Below are positions 63,315-64,000 of a stretch of 64,000 bases of DNA, one piece after another. Within the stretch, counting starts at the first letter, position 1. Every line of letters begins with the position of its first letter. The notes beneath the pieces are model-generated. The model ran no database searches. It was not told the DNA's origin and saw only the letters and a program-made list of their open reading frames with translations. The stretch is from NCBI GenBank assembly GCA_964016885.1, contig OZ024743.1, positions 372,744,001 to 372,808,000 on the forward strand. Reading direction: 5' to 3'. The DNA comes from Eledone cirrhosa. Its lineage: Eukaryota. Made by a program: the position numbers and the translations under genes.

Positions 63315-63650
63315 CATGGAGGCACATGGCTTAGTGGTTAGAGCATTGGGCTTGCAATCGAAAGGTTGTGAGTTCAATTCTCAGACCGGGTGATGTGTTG
63401 TTTCCTTGAGCAAGACACTTTATTTCACATTGCTCCAGTTTACTCAGCTGTAGAAATGAAATGATAGGGACTGGGGCCCATATCATTCCACTACAAAGTG
63501 GTCGTGGAGGTGCCACGGCAAAAAAGCACCCAGCACTCACTGTAAATGAGGTTGGTGTTAGGACGGGCATCCAGCCAGAATCAGTTCCCGTCTCAACCTT
63601 GCAAGCAGGGGAAAAGCGGACGTAAAATGAAATGATGATGATGATGATGA
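63315..63650 (+). mobile_element. Composite SINE, second copy
   Basis: Highly similar to 59465-59792. Confidence 0.75.
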
Positions 63651-63931
63651 CAGTGTATATCTGGTTTAGTATTAGCACACATTAAGTATATTAGATCCAG
63701 TTTAGACTAGGTGGCTAAAAGGGATGGTGCCAGGAAAAATATTTGGTTGTAAAACATTGCCACAAAAAGGAACCCCATGATTTGATTGAAGCCTATCGTG
63801 AGACCCACAAAACTAACCCCTACTTTAGCAGGAAAAAGGCCTTAAAACACGTAGTGTTGTTTTATATTAAGTATGTTAGTATTAACTTAACTATTTCAAA
63901 AACATTTGATGTTCTCTTGTTAAGTCTTCCA

Positions 63932-64000
63932 TTAACCCTTTAACATTTAAACTGGCCGTATCCGGCCAGAATTCTCTCAGCTCTTTCTGTTCAAACTCGT
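63932..64000. mobile_element. piggyBac-type MITE, left end
   Basis: TTAA-CCCTTTAACATTTAAACTGGCC..., same family as 5973. Confidence 0.7.

Overview
AT-rich, repeat-dense animal genomic DNA. The SINE, RTE and CR1 repertoire and the microsatellite load point to a coleoid cephalopod, probably an octopus (inference). Two spliced genes can be reconstructed by hand. The first is a complete 5-exon RNF170 (ER-membrane RING E3 ligase, 248 aa, minus strand, 22875->12924). The second is the first four coding exons of a Hook-family microtubule/dynein adaptor (plus strand, from 24064, continuing past the window). The two genes are head-to-head with start codons about 1.2 kb apart, as RNF170/HOOK3 are in human. 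All very long ORFs in the track are artefacts of tandem repeats: a 27/24-bp satellite (1-4220), a 12.4-kb 33-bp satellite that expanded inside a SINE in Hook intron 1, an inverted ~1.35-kb array of the same unit just before Hook exon 2, and a 41+38-bp dimeric minisatellite. There are also 45-bp and 81-bp intronic minisatellites. Other content includes CR1, RTE, R4-like and mariner fragments, piggyBac-type MITEs, a tRNA-Gly-like pseudogene, a ~1.2-kb local duplication and minimal hammerhead-ribozyme motifs of the Penelope type. One of these motifs lies in sense orientation in RNF170 intron 1 and one pair lies in an ~800-bp inverted repeat in Hook intron 1. No CRISPR or prokaryotic features are present.
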